From positions 2,161 through 66,160 of the forward strand of contig JBGSIU010000044.1 in the NCBI GenBank assembly GCA_041742375.1: 64,000 nt of DNA, given 5' to 3'. The notes below the pieces were generated by a model. It made no database searches and had not been told where the DNA came from. It saw nothing but the letters and a program-made list of their open reading frames with translations. A program made the translations under genes and the position numbers. This stretch comes from Patescibacteria group bacterium. GTDB taxonomy: Bacteria > Patescibacteriota > Microgenomatia > JBGSIU01. Below are positions 1 through 8,970 of this stretch, piece after piece (position 1 is the first letter of the stretch; the number at the start of each line of letters is the position of its first letter).

Positions 1-403
1 TACTTGGTATTTAAATGACTATTATTTGGTTTACGCCAAAACGCAGGGAAAATATTTTCAATATGGTTACCGTCAAGCCGTGGATTATATTATGGCACAT
101 AAAAATGAATACCGGCAAATTTATTTAACAAGTCATTACGGTCGGCCGTATATTTACGTGCTCTGGTATGGAAAAATTCCGGCAACTGAATTTTTGGCAA
201 ATTCAAATGTGGTTAAAAATGAATTCGGGTTTTATAACGTTTATCGATTTGAAAACATCTATTTTAATATTACGGATCTTGGCGCGGGAAATTCGTTGTT
301 GATTATCGAACCGCAAAAAATGGACGATTCTCCCAATCGGAAAATTCTGGAAAAGATTAATTATCCGAGTGGCGAACCGGCGTTTATAATTTGGGAAACA
401 TAG
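1..403 (+). CDS. 3' end of a GT-C-type membrane glycosyltransferase; the gene starts upstream of the window and the reading frame is open from position 2
   Basis: The frame is open from the window edge. The C-terminal domain (YGYRQAVDY...QIYLTSHYGRPYIYVLWYG) is paralogous to the C-terminus of the next gene (QYGYKQVAEF...NQPYIYMLLYGG). Confidence 0.6.
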   Translation, partial: TWYLNDYYLVYAKTQGKYFQYGYRQAVDYIMAHKNEYRQIYLTSHYGRPYIYVLWYGKIPATEFLANSNVVKNEFGFYNVYRFENIYFNITDLGAGNSLLIIEPQKMDDSPNRKILEKINYPSGEPAFIIWET

Positions 404-550
404 AAAATTTGAAATTTTTAATTTGAAATTCGAAATCAAATCTTAAATATTTTAAATTTAAAAATTAAGACATTAGATATTGATTAAAAATTAAAATTTA
501 AAAATTAAAAATTTCTGAAATCAAAAATAATACTAACTTCGATTGTTCTA

Positions 551-2008
551 TTGGCGTTTGTTTTACGTTTTTACAATCTATCAAGTAACCCACCGTCACT
601 CGATTGGGATGAAGCGGGGAACGCCTGGAGTTCATATTCGATTTTAAAAACGGGTTCTGATGAATACGGTCACAAATTTCCGATCACTCTGCGCTCGTTT
701 AGCGATTACAAGCCGGCCATGTATGCGTATGCCATGATGCCGGCCATCAAACTGTTCGGTTTAAACGAATTCGCCGTGCGTTTTCCGTCGGCGCTTGCTG
801 GTTCTTTGCTGCCGCTGGCAATATATCTTCTTTTTTCGTTGTTATCCTTTTCCTCTATGTCATTCCAGCGAAGGCTGGAATCTTCCGTTCTTCCTCTCCT
901 TGCCGCTTTTCTCACGGCGATTAACCCCTGGATAATTCAATTTTCCCGCGGGGGTTTTGAAGCGAATCTTGGACTTAGTCTGGTTCTATGGGGGATAGTG
1001 ATGATGTTATGCGGACGAAAAACCATAATCTATATTTTGGGTTTGGGTTTATTGGTACTTTCGGTATATGTATATCATGCCAACAAATTTGTCGCACCGG
1101 TTTTTGCCGTACTTCTGACGCTTTATTTATTTAAAAAAAGAAAAATTTCACGGCTTGCGGTTGTCGTGGCCGCGATCATAATGGTACTGTTACTTTTCCC
1201 GTTTAGTTTGACGGTGCAGCGTGGTTATGGTTTATCGCGTTTGAGTGGTGTTGCGGTGGGGAATGTATACGATTCCCTGCAAAATTTTCTTTCTCATTTT
1301 AATTTTGACTTTTTGTTTTTGAACGGGGATGGAAATGCACGCCACCACGTGTTGGGCTTTGGTTTATTTTATGTTTTCGAAGCAATTCTCATGGGAGCAG
1401 GGATAATTTCATTTTCGAAAAACTTTCGTCACCGCGTCATTTTTCTCGTTTTGTTCATTGTGTCTCTCTTGCCGGCCGCGGTGGCCGCCGAGGCGCCGCA
1501 TGCCATTCGCAGTATCTTGTCATTTCCGTTTTTTTTAACACTGGTCGTTTTTGGTTTTGTGATAATCATCAAATATAAATGGGGAAAATTTTTACTCCTT
1601 ACCGCCTATGCATATTTTTTCCTGTTTTACGTGAACGCGCGTTTTAAGCACTATCCGTTTGAAGTTTCGCAATCTTGGCAATACGGCTACAAACAAGTGG
1701 CGGAGTTTCTTTTTGAAGAAAACAATTATCAAAAATACGATAAAATAGTAAGTACCACAGCGTACAACCAGCCGTATATTTATATGTTATTGTATGGGGG
1801 AAACAGATTTCTGGCATCAAAAAATGACGGCACGTTTCAAAACGGTTTTGCCAAATTCGAATTTAAAAAAATAAATTGGCAGGAAGAAAAAAACCGCCAA
1901 AATGTTTTGTTCGTCGGTACGGAAGACGAATTACGTGACGCAATAAACGTGGTCGATACAATATATTTTTTAGATGGAAAAGTGGCATTTAAAATAGTTG
2001 GTAGTTAG
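551..2008 (+). CDS. GT-C fold glycosyltransferase, PMT/ArnT-like (GT39/GT83-type); polytopic membrane protein that appears N-terminally short
   Basis: 485 aa with many hydrophobic helices. A 'LDWDEAGNAWSSYSIL' DE-loop motif, typical of PMT_2/ArnT, follows TM1. The annotated start is TTG, with an in-frame stop 15 nt upstream. The usual first TM helix is only partly present. Confidence 0.65.
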   Translation: MAFVLRFYNLSSNPPSLDWDEAGNAWSSYSILKTGSDEYGHKFPITLRSFSDYKPAMYAYAMMPAIKLFGLNEFAVRFPSALAGSLLPLAIYLLFSLLSFSSMSFQRRLESSVLPLLAAFLTAINPWIIQFSRGGFEANLGLSLVLWGIVMMLCGRKTIIYILGLGLLVLSVYVYHANKFVAPVFAVLLTLYLFKKRKISRLAVVVAAIIMVLLLFPFSLTVQRGYGLSRLSGVAVGNVYDSLQNFLSHFNFDFLFLNGDGNARHHVLGFGLFYVFEAILMGAGIISFSKNFRHRVIFLVLFIVSLLPAAVAAEAPHAIRSILSFPFFLTLVVFGFVIIIKYKWGKFLLLTAYAYFFLFYVNARFKHYPFEVSQSWQYGYKQVAEFLFEENNYQKYDKIVSTTAYNQPYIYMLLYGGNRFLASKNDGTFQNGFAKFEFKKINWQEEKNRQNVLFVGTEDELRDAINVVDTIYFLDGKVAFKIVGS

Positions 2009-2043
2009 CAGTCGGCAGTCAACAGAAAAAAATATTTAATTTT

Positions 2044-2064
2044 CTGCAAACTGTAAACTGCAAA
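2044..2064 (+). repeat. Three tandem imperfect heptamers (CTGCAAA CTGTAAA CTGCAAA), preceded by a GCAGTC(G)GCAGTC direct repeat, in the 65-bp leader upstream of the epimerase gene
   Basis: Read directly from the sequence. They end 9 nt before the ATG at 2074. Confidence 0.8.
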
Positions 2065-2073
2065 CTCTCAATA

Positions 2074-2994
2074 ATGAACATTCTAGTTACGGGCGGCGCG
2101 GGTTTTATCGCCTCCCACGTTACGGATTTATACATCGCAGAGGGGTATAACGTGTTAATTGTTGACGATTTGTCTTCCGGCAGCGAAAAAAATCTTAATC
2201 CCAAAGCGAAATTCGTGAAAATGGATATCCGCGATGCAAAAATCCGTGATTTGATCAAAGAGAATCACATCGAGGTGGTTAATCACCACGCCGCACAATT
2301 AAAAGTGCGCGATTCGGTGGAAAATCCCCTTAATGACGCGGACATTAATATCAAGGGTATACTTAACATTCTGGAAGTCATAAAAACTCATCCTTTGAAA
2401 AAATTCATCTTTGCCTCATCCGGCGGTGCCGTGTATGGCGAAGCGGATGTGATTCCGACGCCGGAAACGTTTATGCCGCGGCCATTGTCACCATATGGCA
2501 TCGCAAAATTGGCCAGTGAAAAATATCTCTTTTATTATCACAAAAATTTCGGGTTGAGTTACACGGCCCTGCGCTATGCAAATGTGTTTGGTCCGCGACA
2601 GGATCCATTCGGCGAAGCCGGCGTGGTCGCGATTTTTGCCAAAAAAATGCTGAAAAATGAAACACCGGTGATTAATGGCGACGGCTTGCAAACCCGCGAC
2701 TATGTTTTCGTGAAAGATGTGGCCGCCGCAAATCTCGCGGTCCTCGAAAAAGATTATTGCGGGGAAATCAATATCGGCACCGCACAAGAAATTAACGTCA
2801 ATGATTTGGCAGAAACGCTCAAAAAAGAAACCGGCTACCTTGGCGAAATCAAGCACGGCGAAGCCAAATTGGGGGAACAAAAAAGAAGTTGTTTAAATAT
2901 CTCCAAAGCAAAAAAGATTTTAAACTGGGAGCCAAAATATTATTTATCACAAGGTTTAAAAGAAACAGTGAAATATTTTAAGAAGAATTTATGA
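2074..2994 (+). CDS. NAD-dependent nucleotide-sugar epimerase/dehydratase (UDP-hexose 4-epimerase family)
   Basis: N-terminal Rossmann motif 'ILVTGGAGFIASHV'. 306 aa, with YxxxK-type SDR architecture (YGIAKLASE). Confidence 0.85.
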   Translation: MNILVTGGAGFIASHVTDLYIAEGYNVLIVDDLSSGSEKNLNPKAKFVKMDIRDAKIRDLIKENHIEVVNHHAAQLKVRDSVENPLNDADINIKGILNILEVIKTHPLKKFIFASSGGAVYGEADVIPTPETFMPRPLSPYGIAKLASEKYLFYYHKNFGLSYTALRYANVFGPRQDPFGEAGVVAIFAKKMLKNETPVINGDGLQTRDYVFVKDVAAANLAVLEKDYCGEINIGTAQEINVNDLAETLKKETGYLGEIKHGEAKLGEQKRSCLNISKAKKILNWEPKYYLSQGLKETVKYFKKNL

Positions 2995-3743
2995 TTAGCG
3001 GTAAAAAAATAATCGTCGTCATGCCCGCGTATAACGCGGAAAAAACCATCGAAAAAACCTACGCCGATTTGCCGAAAAATGTGGTTGACGAAGTGATTGT
3101 GGTGGACGATTGCTCGCGCGATCGGACGGTGGAAATCGCCAAAAAGATGGGTTTAAAAACAGTGGTGCACCAGAAAAACACGGGCTACGGCGGCAACCAG
3201 AAAACTTGTTACGCCGAAGCATTGAAAGACGGCGCGGACGTCGTTGTCATGCTGCACCCCGACTATCAATATGACAGCACGCTCACGCCAGATTTGGTGA
3301 AGCCGATTATCGAAGGAAGATATGATTTGATGTTTGGTTCCCGCATTCGCACGCGTGTTGAGGTTTTGGCCGGCGGCATGCCCTTGAAAAAATATATTTT
3401 GAACAGAATTTTCTGCGTCATTGAAAATCTGGTTCTCGGTGTCAATTTCACCGAGCATTTTAGCGGCTACCGCGCGTATTCAAAAAAAGTTTTGCAAGCC
3501 TTGCCATTCAAAAAATTTTCTGATGATTTTGCCTTTGATCAGGAATTCATGATCTCGGCCATTGCCGCGGGTTTTCGCGTGGGCGAAATTCCGGTCCCTG
3601 TCCGCTATTTTTCCGAAGCCTCGTCCATCAAATGGTGGCGCGGCAGCAAATTCCTTTTGCAAACTCTTTCGACGCTTCTAAAATTTATTATCTTCAAAAT
3701 TGGCAGAGTTAAATTTAAGATTTTTATATCGCAAAAGGCATGA
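2991..3743 (+). CDS. GT2 glycosyltransferase, polyprenol-phosphate-sugar synthase-like (Dpm1/GtrB/ArnC-type)
   Basis: 'IIVVMPAYNAEKTIEKT...VIVVDDCSRDRT' N-terminus. Has a DxD region. The ATGA overlap with the upstream gene indicates an operon. Confidence 0.85.
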   Translation: MISGKKIIVVMPAYNAEKTIEKTYADLPKNVVDEVIVVDDCSRDRTVEIAKKMGLKTVVHQKNTGYGGNQKTCYAEALKDGADVVVMLHPDYQYDSTLTPDLVKPIIEGRYDLMFGSRIRTRVEVLAGGMPLKKYILNRIFCVIENLVLGVNFTEHFSGYRAYSKKVLQALPFKKFSDDFAFDQEFMISAIAAGFRVGEIPVPVRYFSEASSIKWWRGSKFLLQTLSTLLKFIIFKIGRVKFKIFISQKA

Positions 3744-5437
3744 AAAATTTCAAAGCAGATATATTTTTTATTTTCGTATTGCTTATTGTCAGTATTTGGG
3801 CGCTAAAGAGTCTTTTTGGTGGAGCATATTACACGTCTCAAGATGGAATTCATCAAATTGCTAGGCTTTATCATTTTAAGCTTGCTTTGAAGGACGGCGT
3901 GTTCCCGCCGCGATGGGCAAATCAGGCGATGTATGGTTTCGGCTATCCGCTTTTCGAATTTAATTATCATTTGCCCTGGTATGCGGCGATGCCATTAATT
4001 TTCTTGCGGGTGGATCTTTTCGACATCATTAAAATCCTGCATTTTGCCGCGTATTTTTTCTCCGGCGTTTTCATGTATTTTTTCTTAAGGGAGCTTGTAA
4101 AAAAACAATGGGTGGTCGCGGCCGGAACAATATTATTTTTAATTTCGCCGTATCGTTTTTTAAACATTTACGTCCGCAATGCCATGGGGGAAGTTTTTGC
4201 CTTCATGTTCTTTCCGCTGGTTTTTTACGCGCTTTTAAAACTCGCGCGCGCGCCAAAAGCGTGGCATGTGGTGCTTCTCTCAATTTCACTTTATGGCATC
4301 ATTTTGTCGCACGCGTTGTCGTTTGTGATTTTTTTGCCGTCCATCCTCATTTTTGCCGCGTATTGTTTGTTGATTACCCAAAACAAAAAACATTTTGTGG
4401 TTCGCGGAACGGCCGCTTTCTTATTATTCCTGTCTCTTTCGGCATATTATCTTTTTCCGGCATATCTTGAGAAAAGTTACACGATTTTTGATTCCAAGTT
4501 CCAGCAAATCTATGGGGGTGAACTTTTGGACATCAAAAAAGTAATATATACCCCTTGGGGTTACGCTGGCAATGGGAACCCCGCAGACACGGTGATGAGT
4601 TTTCAATTTGGGATTGCCAATTGGGCGGCGGCACTCAGCGGATTGATTGCGGTTTTGTACTTTGTTATCAAAAGAAAAATTAAGGAAAATTTATTGATTG
4701 TGATTTCATCTCTCACAATTTTATTTTCTATTTCTCTTACCATGAAGCAATCTTTGCCATTCTGGGACATGATGGCGAAAATTTTTGCGATTGATTTTCC
4801 GTGGAAGTTGGTGGGAATTGCGGTTTTGTGGTCTGGCATTTTATTGTCTCTGGTTCTTAATAAAATCAAGAATCCCGCCAAATATTTCATTTTGATCGTG
4901 ATTTTGGGACTCGCTTTCTATGCCAACCGCAACCACATTCGTGTCAATAAATATGTTTCGTTTGACATTCCCATGGCCGTCTTTTTCGAAAAAAGCACCA
5001 ACACGGAAGACGAATATCTGCCTCAGAGAGTGAATGGTTTTAATTTTGGCGACGACAAAAATATGACGATCAAGTTAATCGACCGAGTCGAGACAGATAA
5101 AAAAGGAAAAGTGTCTCGCGTTGTGGATAAAAATCAAGAATTCTCTTTTAATTATGTTGGCCCGGAAGCAAATGCCACCGTTAAAAAAATCTACTTTCCT
5201 GGCTGGTCAGTAATGACAAATGATAATCATAAAATAAATTTTACCTTCGAAAATGGTTTTTTTAATTTCAAATTGCCCAAAGGCAACTCGAATATCAAGA
5301 TTATGTATGAGGGAACCCTTCTGGTGAGGACATCAACGCTTCTGTCTGTTTTTGCTTGGGGGTTAACACTCGCATATTTTTTATCCCTTATTGGTACCTA
5401 TGTTAAAAACAAAAGTAAAAAAAATAATCAAAAATAA
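3740..5437 (+). CDS. Large polytopic membrane protein, probable GT-C glycosyltransferase (YfhO/ArnT-like acceptor glycosylase)
   Basis: 565 aa with >10 predicted TM helices and a C-terminal soluble domain. It lies immediately downstream of the GT2, with the start overlapping the upstream stop (ATGA). Confidence 0.6.
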   Translation: MKNFKADIFFIFVLLIVSIWALKSLFGGAYYTSQDGIHQIARLYHFKLALKDGVFPPRWANQAMYGFGYPLFEFNYHLPWYAAMPLIFLRVDLFDIIKILHFAAYFFSGVFMYFFLRELVKKQWVVAAGTILFLISPYRFLNIYVRNAMGEVFAFMFFPLVFYALLKLARAPKAWHVVLLSISLYGIILSHALSFVIFLPSILIFAAYCLLITQNKKHFVVRGTAAFLLFLSLSAYYLFPAYLEKSYTIFDSKFQQIYGGELLDIKKVIYTPWGYAGNGNPADTVMSFQFGIANWAAALSGLIAVLYFVIKRKIKENLLIVISSLTILFSISLTMKQSLPFWDMMAKIFAIDFPWKLVGIAVLWSGILLSLVLNKIKNPAKYFILIVILGLAFYANRNHIRVNKYVSFDIPMAVFFEKSTNTEDEYLPQRVNGFNFGDDKNMTIKLIDRVETDKKGKVSRVVDKNQEFSFNYVGPEANATVKKIYFPGWSVMTNDNHKINFTFENGFFNFKLPKGNSNIKIMYEGTLLVRTSTLLSVFAWGLTLAYFLSLIGTYVKNKSKKNNQK

Positions 5438-6851
5438 TCTTTCACCGATTTTAGTTTCCGTTTTTTGTTTTTTCCTCTTTTTTGATGGTTTTCTAACATA
5501 TTTTCATCAAGACGATTTTATTCAAATGTTTTATTCCCAAAATCTAAAATCAGTTTTAGATGCTTTTAACATTTTTCGCTCCGCAGAATTTGCTTTTTAC
5601 AGACCAATTCCCACCCAGCTATATTTTTTTATCACTAAATCAATTTTTGGTTGGAACCCGCTTGGGTATCACGTGGTTAATTTTTTAATTTTTGCAGTTA
5701 ATATTTTTCTTTTTTATCATTTAGTCAAAACGCTTGTTAATAAAAAAATTGCATCGTTCGCGGTGATTTTTTTTGCCGTCAACACAACTCATTTTGCCCC
5801 GCTCCATGCGGCGTCATACGTACATGAACTTTTTCTGGTTTTATTCTCACTTTTATCATGCTTATCTTTTGCCAAATATTTAAAATCTGCGGTTCGTTTT
5901 AATTTATTCTTAGCGGTTTTGTTTTTTATAGGTGCTTTAATGTCAAAGGAAACCGCGGTCGTCGTCCCGGGGCTTTTGGCAATCGAATATCTGCTTTTTT
6001 CTCCCAAAAAGTCAATGATAAGCTTTTTTAAAATTATTTTATTATTTTTAATTTTTTTAATATCGTATTTATCTTTTCATTTTTTTTTATATGGGATGCC
6101 GGAAAGTTCTTCTTACAGATTAGTTATTGGAAAAGAAAATTTAAAAATGTATTTATGGTATTTTATTTGGGGTCTTTCCGCACCGAATATTTTGATTGAT
6201 TTTATAGAACCCGGATTAAAAATTAAAAATGTTTTTTTTGATATTACAAAAATTAATGGTTATGTATTTTTTATGGGATTTTTTGCATTAATGATCTTTC
6301 TTGGAATATTATTTACCATCAATTTGTTAAAAAAACGAGACAATAATAAGGTTCTAATTTTTTCTTTTCTTTGGTTTTTCCTAAGTTTGATTCCCCTAGT
6401 TGTTTTTCCACTTCATAAACTTGCCATCGAACAAGCGCTTGCCATCCTTGGACTATCTCTTTTTGTTGGTTTTGTTATTTCAAAGTTTTCGAACAAAGTG
6501 GCTTTTTGTTTTATATGTCTATATGTTCTTATTGCTATTAATTCAGCAGTGATCGAAAGACGCACTCATTGGATTATTAGGAGTTCCATTCAGGCAAAAA
6601 ACATCGTTAATTTGATTAAAAATGCAAAAATAGGTTCCAAGAAACAAATATATTTTAAAGATGGCGCGGTGGTGATTCCTGAATATGGTTCGTCAAAACA
6701 GATCTTTCTTGCTTCGGGAAACGGAAAACTGTTTTCCCTGATGTTTGGAATCATAGAGCGGCACGTGCACTTTGAAAGCGTTAATCCGCTACCTCTAAAT
6801 TACACTGGCGAAATTCTGAAAGTTGACTCTTCCAAGCTTCTAGGTTATTGA
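5391..6851 (+). CDS. Polytopic membrane protein, GT-C-like (PMT/ArnT-type, with a 'DD' loop motif)
   Basis: 486 aa, hydrophobic, with the motif 'HQDDF...FYRPIPTQLYFF'. Paralogous to the convergent minus-strand gene 6781..8430. The true start may be the ATG at 5400. Confidence 0.55.
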   Translation: MVPMLKTKVKKIIKNNLSPILVSVFCFFLFFDGFLTYFHQDDFIQMFYSQNLKSVLDAFNIFRSAEFAFYRPIPTQLYFFITKSIFGWNPLGYHVVNFLIFAVNIFLFYHLVKTLVNKKIASFAVIFFAVNTTHFAPLHAASYVHELFLVLFSLLSCLSFAKYLKSAVRFNLFLAVLFFIGALMSKETAVVVPGLLAIEYLLFSPKKSMISFFKIILLFLIFLISYLSFHFFLYGMPESSSYRLVIGKENLKMYLWYFIWGLSAPNILIDFIEPGLKIKNVFFDITKINGYVFFMGFFALMIFLGILFTINLLKKRDNNKVLIFSFLWFFLSLIPLVVFPLHKLAIEQALAILGLSLFVGFVISKFSNKVAFCFICLYVLIAINSAVIERRTHWIIRSSIQAKNIVNLIKNAKIGSKKQIYFKDGAVVIPEYGSSKQIFLASGNGKLFSLMFGIIERHVHFESVNPLPLNYTGEILKVDSSKLLGY

Positions 6852-8430
6852 TTTTTAGAAAATTAAGACCTCCGGTTTTTTCCATAATCAGTTTTTGTTC
6901 ATAAATATTTAAACACCGATCCATGTCATAGTAGTTTTCCTGCAGGTTCTGGGGGAGCAGAGAAGATTTCAGAAGATATCTTTTGCTGAAATCATCGGTT
7001 AAAACATTAAAAGCCACCCCGTCAGCAAGCGTCGCACGTGCACCGGGACTATCTATCCGCCAAACGACATAGTGAATCTTTTTTGGAATTTTCAGCTTTT
7101 CAAAAGCGGTAAACCTGTTTTTCACTTCAAACGGATCGGCAAAAACCCAGTGATTGTTGTCGAGGAATCTCAAAGTTAAAAAACTGGTTAAGATAAATGA
7201 CAAAATCACCAGATATGTCAGCGCATATTTATGGTTTGAATATATCACGGAAGCAAAAGCGATCCAGAAACCAACCTGCGCCAAAAAAGGATAATATGGA
7301 TATACTCTTTTTGGAATCACCAGAATGGGGAGAAGTGCCATAAAAAACCAAAGTACGCCAAAGAGGGTAATTTTATTAAAAATAGATCTTGGATTTTTGA
7401 TTAAAGCCAAAATGCCGGTGATGAACAACAATATAACGTTGAGGCTTAGAATAAGCGGATAGATTTGGAACGTTTCCGTAAACCACTGGTCCGTAAAAGG
7501 AAATTGGCGGGGGGCAAGATGAACCGTGGTTGGCTCGGAAAAATTAAGAAGCCAAGCAAAAAAAACAATAACATTTTTAATTATCATTTGAGGAGAAAAA
7601 CCCAAAGAATATGAATCCGTGGTGGGGATTTTAAAAACGATAAAACGAAAAATAAGATAAAAGAGGACGATACCAAACTGAAAAGTGAGGCGTAGAAAAG
7701 TTTGCTTATTCATTTTTCTGAAAAAAATAACCGTTAAAAACATTATGGTAGGCAAGACCACGGCGGTTTCGATTGACAGTAGTGATAAAACAAGAAAAAG
7801 TTCCGGAAGAAAAAATTTGCAGGCTCGTTTCTTATCAAACAGTAAAAAATAGAGCAAAATATAAAATAAAGCAATCGAGTTAAACGTTGAAGCCACCCAA
7901 GTCAATTCATAAAAATGGGTGGCGCTGATTGAAAAAAGAAACGCGGTAAAAAACCCGGTTAAATTATTCCGGAGAAGTTTTTTGACAAAATAAAAAACCA
8001 AAACTGAATTAACGGAATGAAGAATAAGTTGAAAAAAATGATAATAGTTAGCATTTAAACCGAAAAGCCGGTAGAATGTGAAATAAAACAGTTGCAAAGA
8101 AATCGGACGGTAATAAATCGTGTCGCTTCGCGGAATAAAGAATTGAAAAAACTCTCTTAAATTTGAAGCTCGGGAGATAGAAAAAAGAAAAAAATCATCT
8201 TTAAAAAAATAGACAGAAAAAGATTTACGAAATAATATAAAATTAAGGGAAGAAAAAAAAGCAACCTGCACGAAAAATAAAAATATATGAAAATATCTAT
8301 CCTTATTCCCGTGTTTAACGAAGAGGAAACGATGATGCAAATTCTTGATAAAGTTTCTTCGGTTAATATCTTCCATATAAAAAAAGAAATAATTGTTATT
8401 GATGATTGTTCTACAGACCGAACTGCTCAA
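6781..8430 (-). CDS. Polytopic membrane protein, GT-C-like; inverted paralog of 5391..6851
   Basis: 549 aa. Shares the 'FKDDFF...YYRPISLQLFYF' motif with the upstream + strand gene. Its 3' end overlaps that gene by ~70 bp. Confidence 0.55.
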   Translation of the reverse strand: MSSSVCRTIINNNYFFFYMEDINRRNFIKNLHHRFLFVKHGNKDRYFHIFLFFVQVAFFSSLNFILFRKSFSVYFFKDDFFLFSISRASNLREFFQFFIPRSDTIYYRPISLQLFYFTFYRLFGLNANYYHFFQLILHSVNSVLVFYFVKKLLRNNLTGFFTAFLFSISATHFYELTWVASTFNSIALFYILLYFLLFDKKRACKFFLPELFLVLSLLSIETAVVLPTIMFLTVIFFRKMNKQTFLRLTFQFGIVLFYLIFRFIVFKIPTTDSYSLGFSPQMIIKNVIVFFAWLLNFSEPTTVHLAPRQFPFTDQWFTETFQIYPLILSLNVILLFITGILALIKNPRSIFNKITLFGVLWFFMALLPILVIPKRVYPYYPFLAQVGFWIAFASVIYSNHKYALTYLVILSFILTSFLTLRFLDNNHWVFADPFEVKNRFTAFEKLKIPKKIHYVVWRIDSPGARATLADGVAFNVLTDDFSKRYLLKSSLLPQNLQENYYDMDRCLNIYEQKLIMEKTGGLNFLKINNLEAWKSQLSEFRQCNLEVAD

Positions 8431-8970
8431 ATTTTAATGAAAAGCGGCAATAAAATCAAATATCTGAGAAATGAAAAAAATCGCGGGAAAGGATATTCGG
8501 TGCGACGCGGTATTAAAGTGGCAACGGGTGACGTCATGATCATGCAGGATGCGGATTTGGAATATGACCCCAACGATTATGAAAAGCTTCTAAAACCGAT
8601 TTTCGACGGGAAAGCAAATGTTGTTTTTGGCTCGCGTTTCACCGGAGAACATAACAATCTTTTCTTCACGCATTTCATCGCCAACAAATTTATCACCTTT
8701 TTAATCGACGTCTTTTTTAACACCACCTTATCCGATGTTGAAGTGGGATACAAAGTTTTTAAAAAAAGCTTGCTTGATAAAATTAATCTTCGTGAAGACC
8801 GATTTAGTTTTGAGATTGAAATCACCGCCAAAATTTTAAAACTTAAAGAAAAAATCTTTGAAGTGCCGATTTCGTATACGGGCCGTGGCTATGAAGAAGG
8901 AAAAAAAATCGGATGGAAAGATGGTCTTCAGGCTTTGTGGTGCGTTTTTAAATATCGATTTTTTGTATGA
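8287..8970 (+). CDS. GT2 glycosyltransferase (polyprenol-phosphate sugar synthase-like)
   Basis: 'ISILIPVFNEEETMMQILDKV...IIVIDDCSTDRT' and a 'QDADLEYD' DxD motif. Confidence 0.85.
   Translation: MKISILIPVFNEEETMMQILDKVSSVNIFHIKKEIIVIDDCSTDRTAQILMKSGNKIKYLRNEKNRGKGYSVRRGIKVATGDVMIMQDADLEYDPNDYEKLLKPIFDGKANVVFGSRFTGEHNNLFFTHFIANKFITFLIDVFFNTTLSDVEVGYKVFKKSLLDKINLREDRFSFEIEITAKILKLKEKIFEVPISYTGRGYEEGKKIGWKDGLQALWCVFKYRFFV

Noticed and set aside
404-535. AT-rich repeat spacer as a possible small RNA or mobile-element remnant
   Set aside because: There are no terminal inverted repeats, target-site duplication or conserved structure evident. Composition alone (AT repeats) is insufficient, so it is retained only as a note within the tandem-paralog finding.
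2488-2880. 130-aa minus-strand ORF within the epimerase gene
   Set aside because: Antisense to a canonical SDR epimerase. Spurious.
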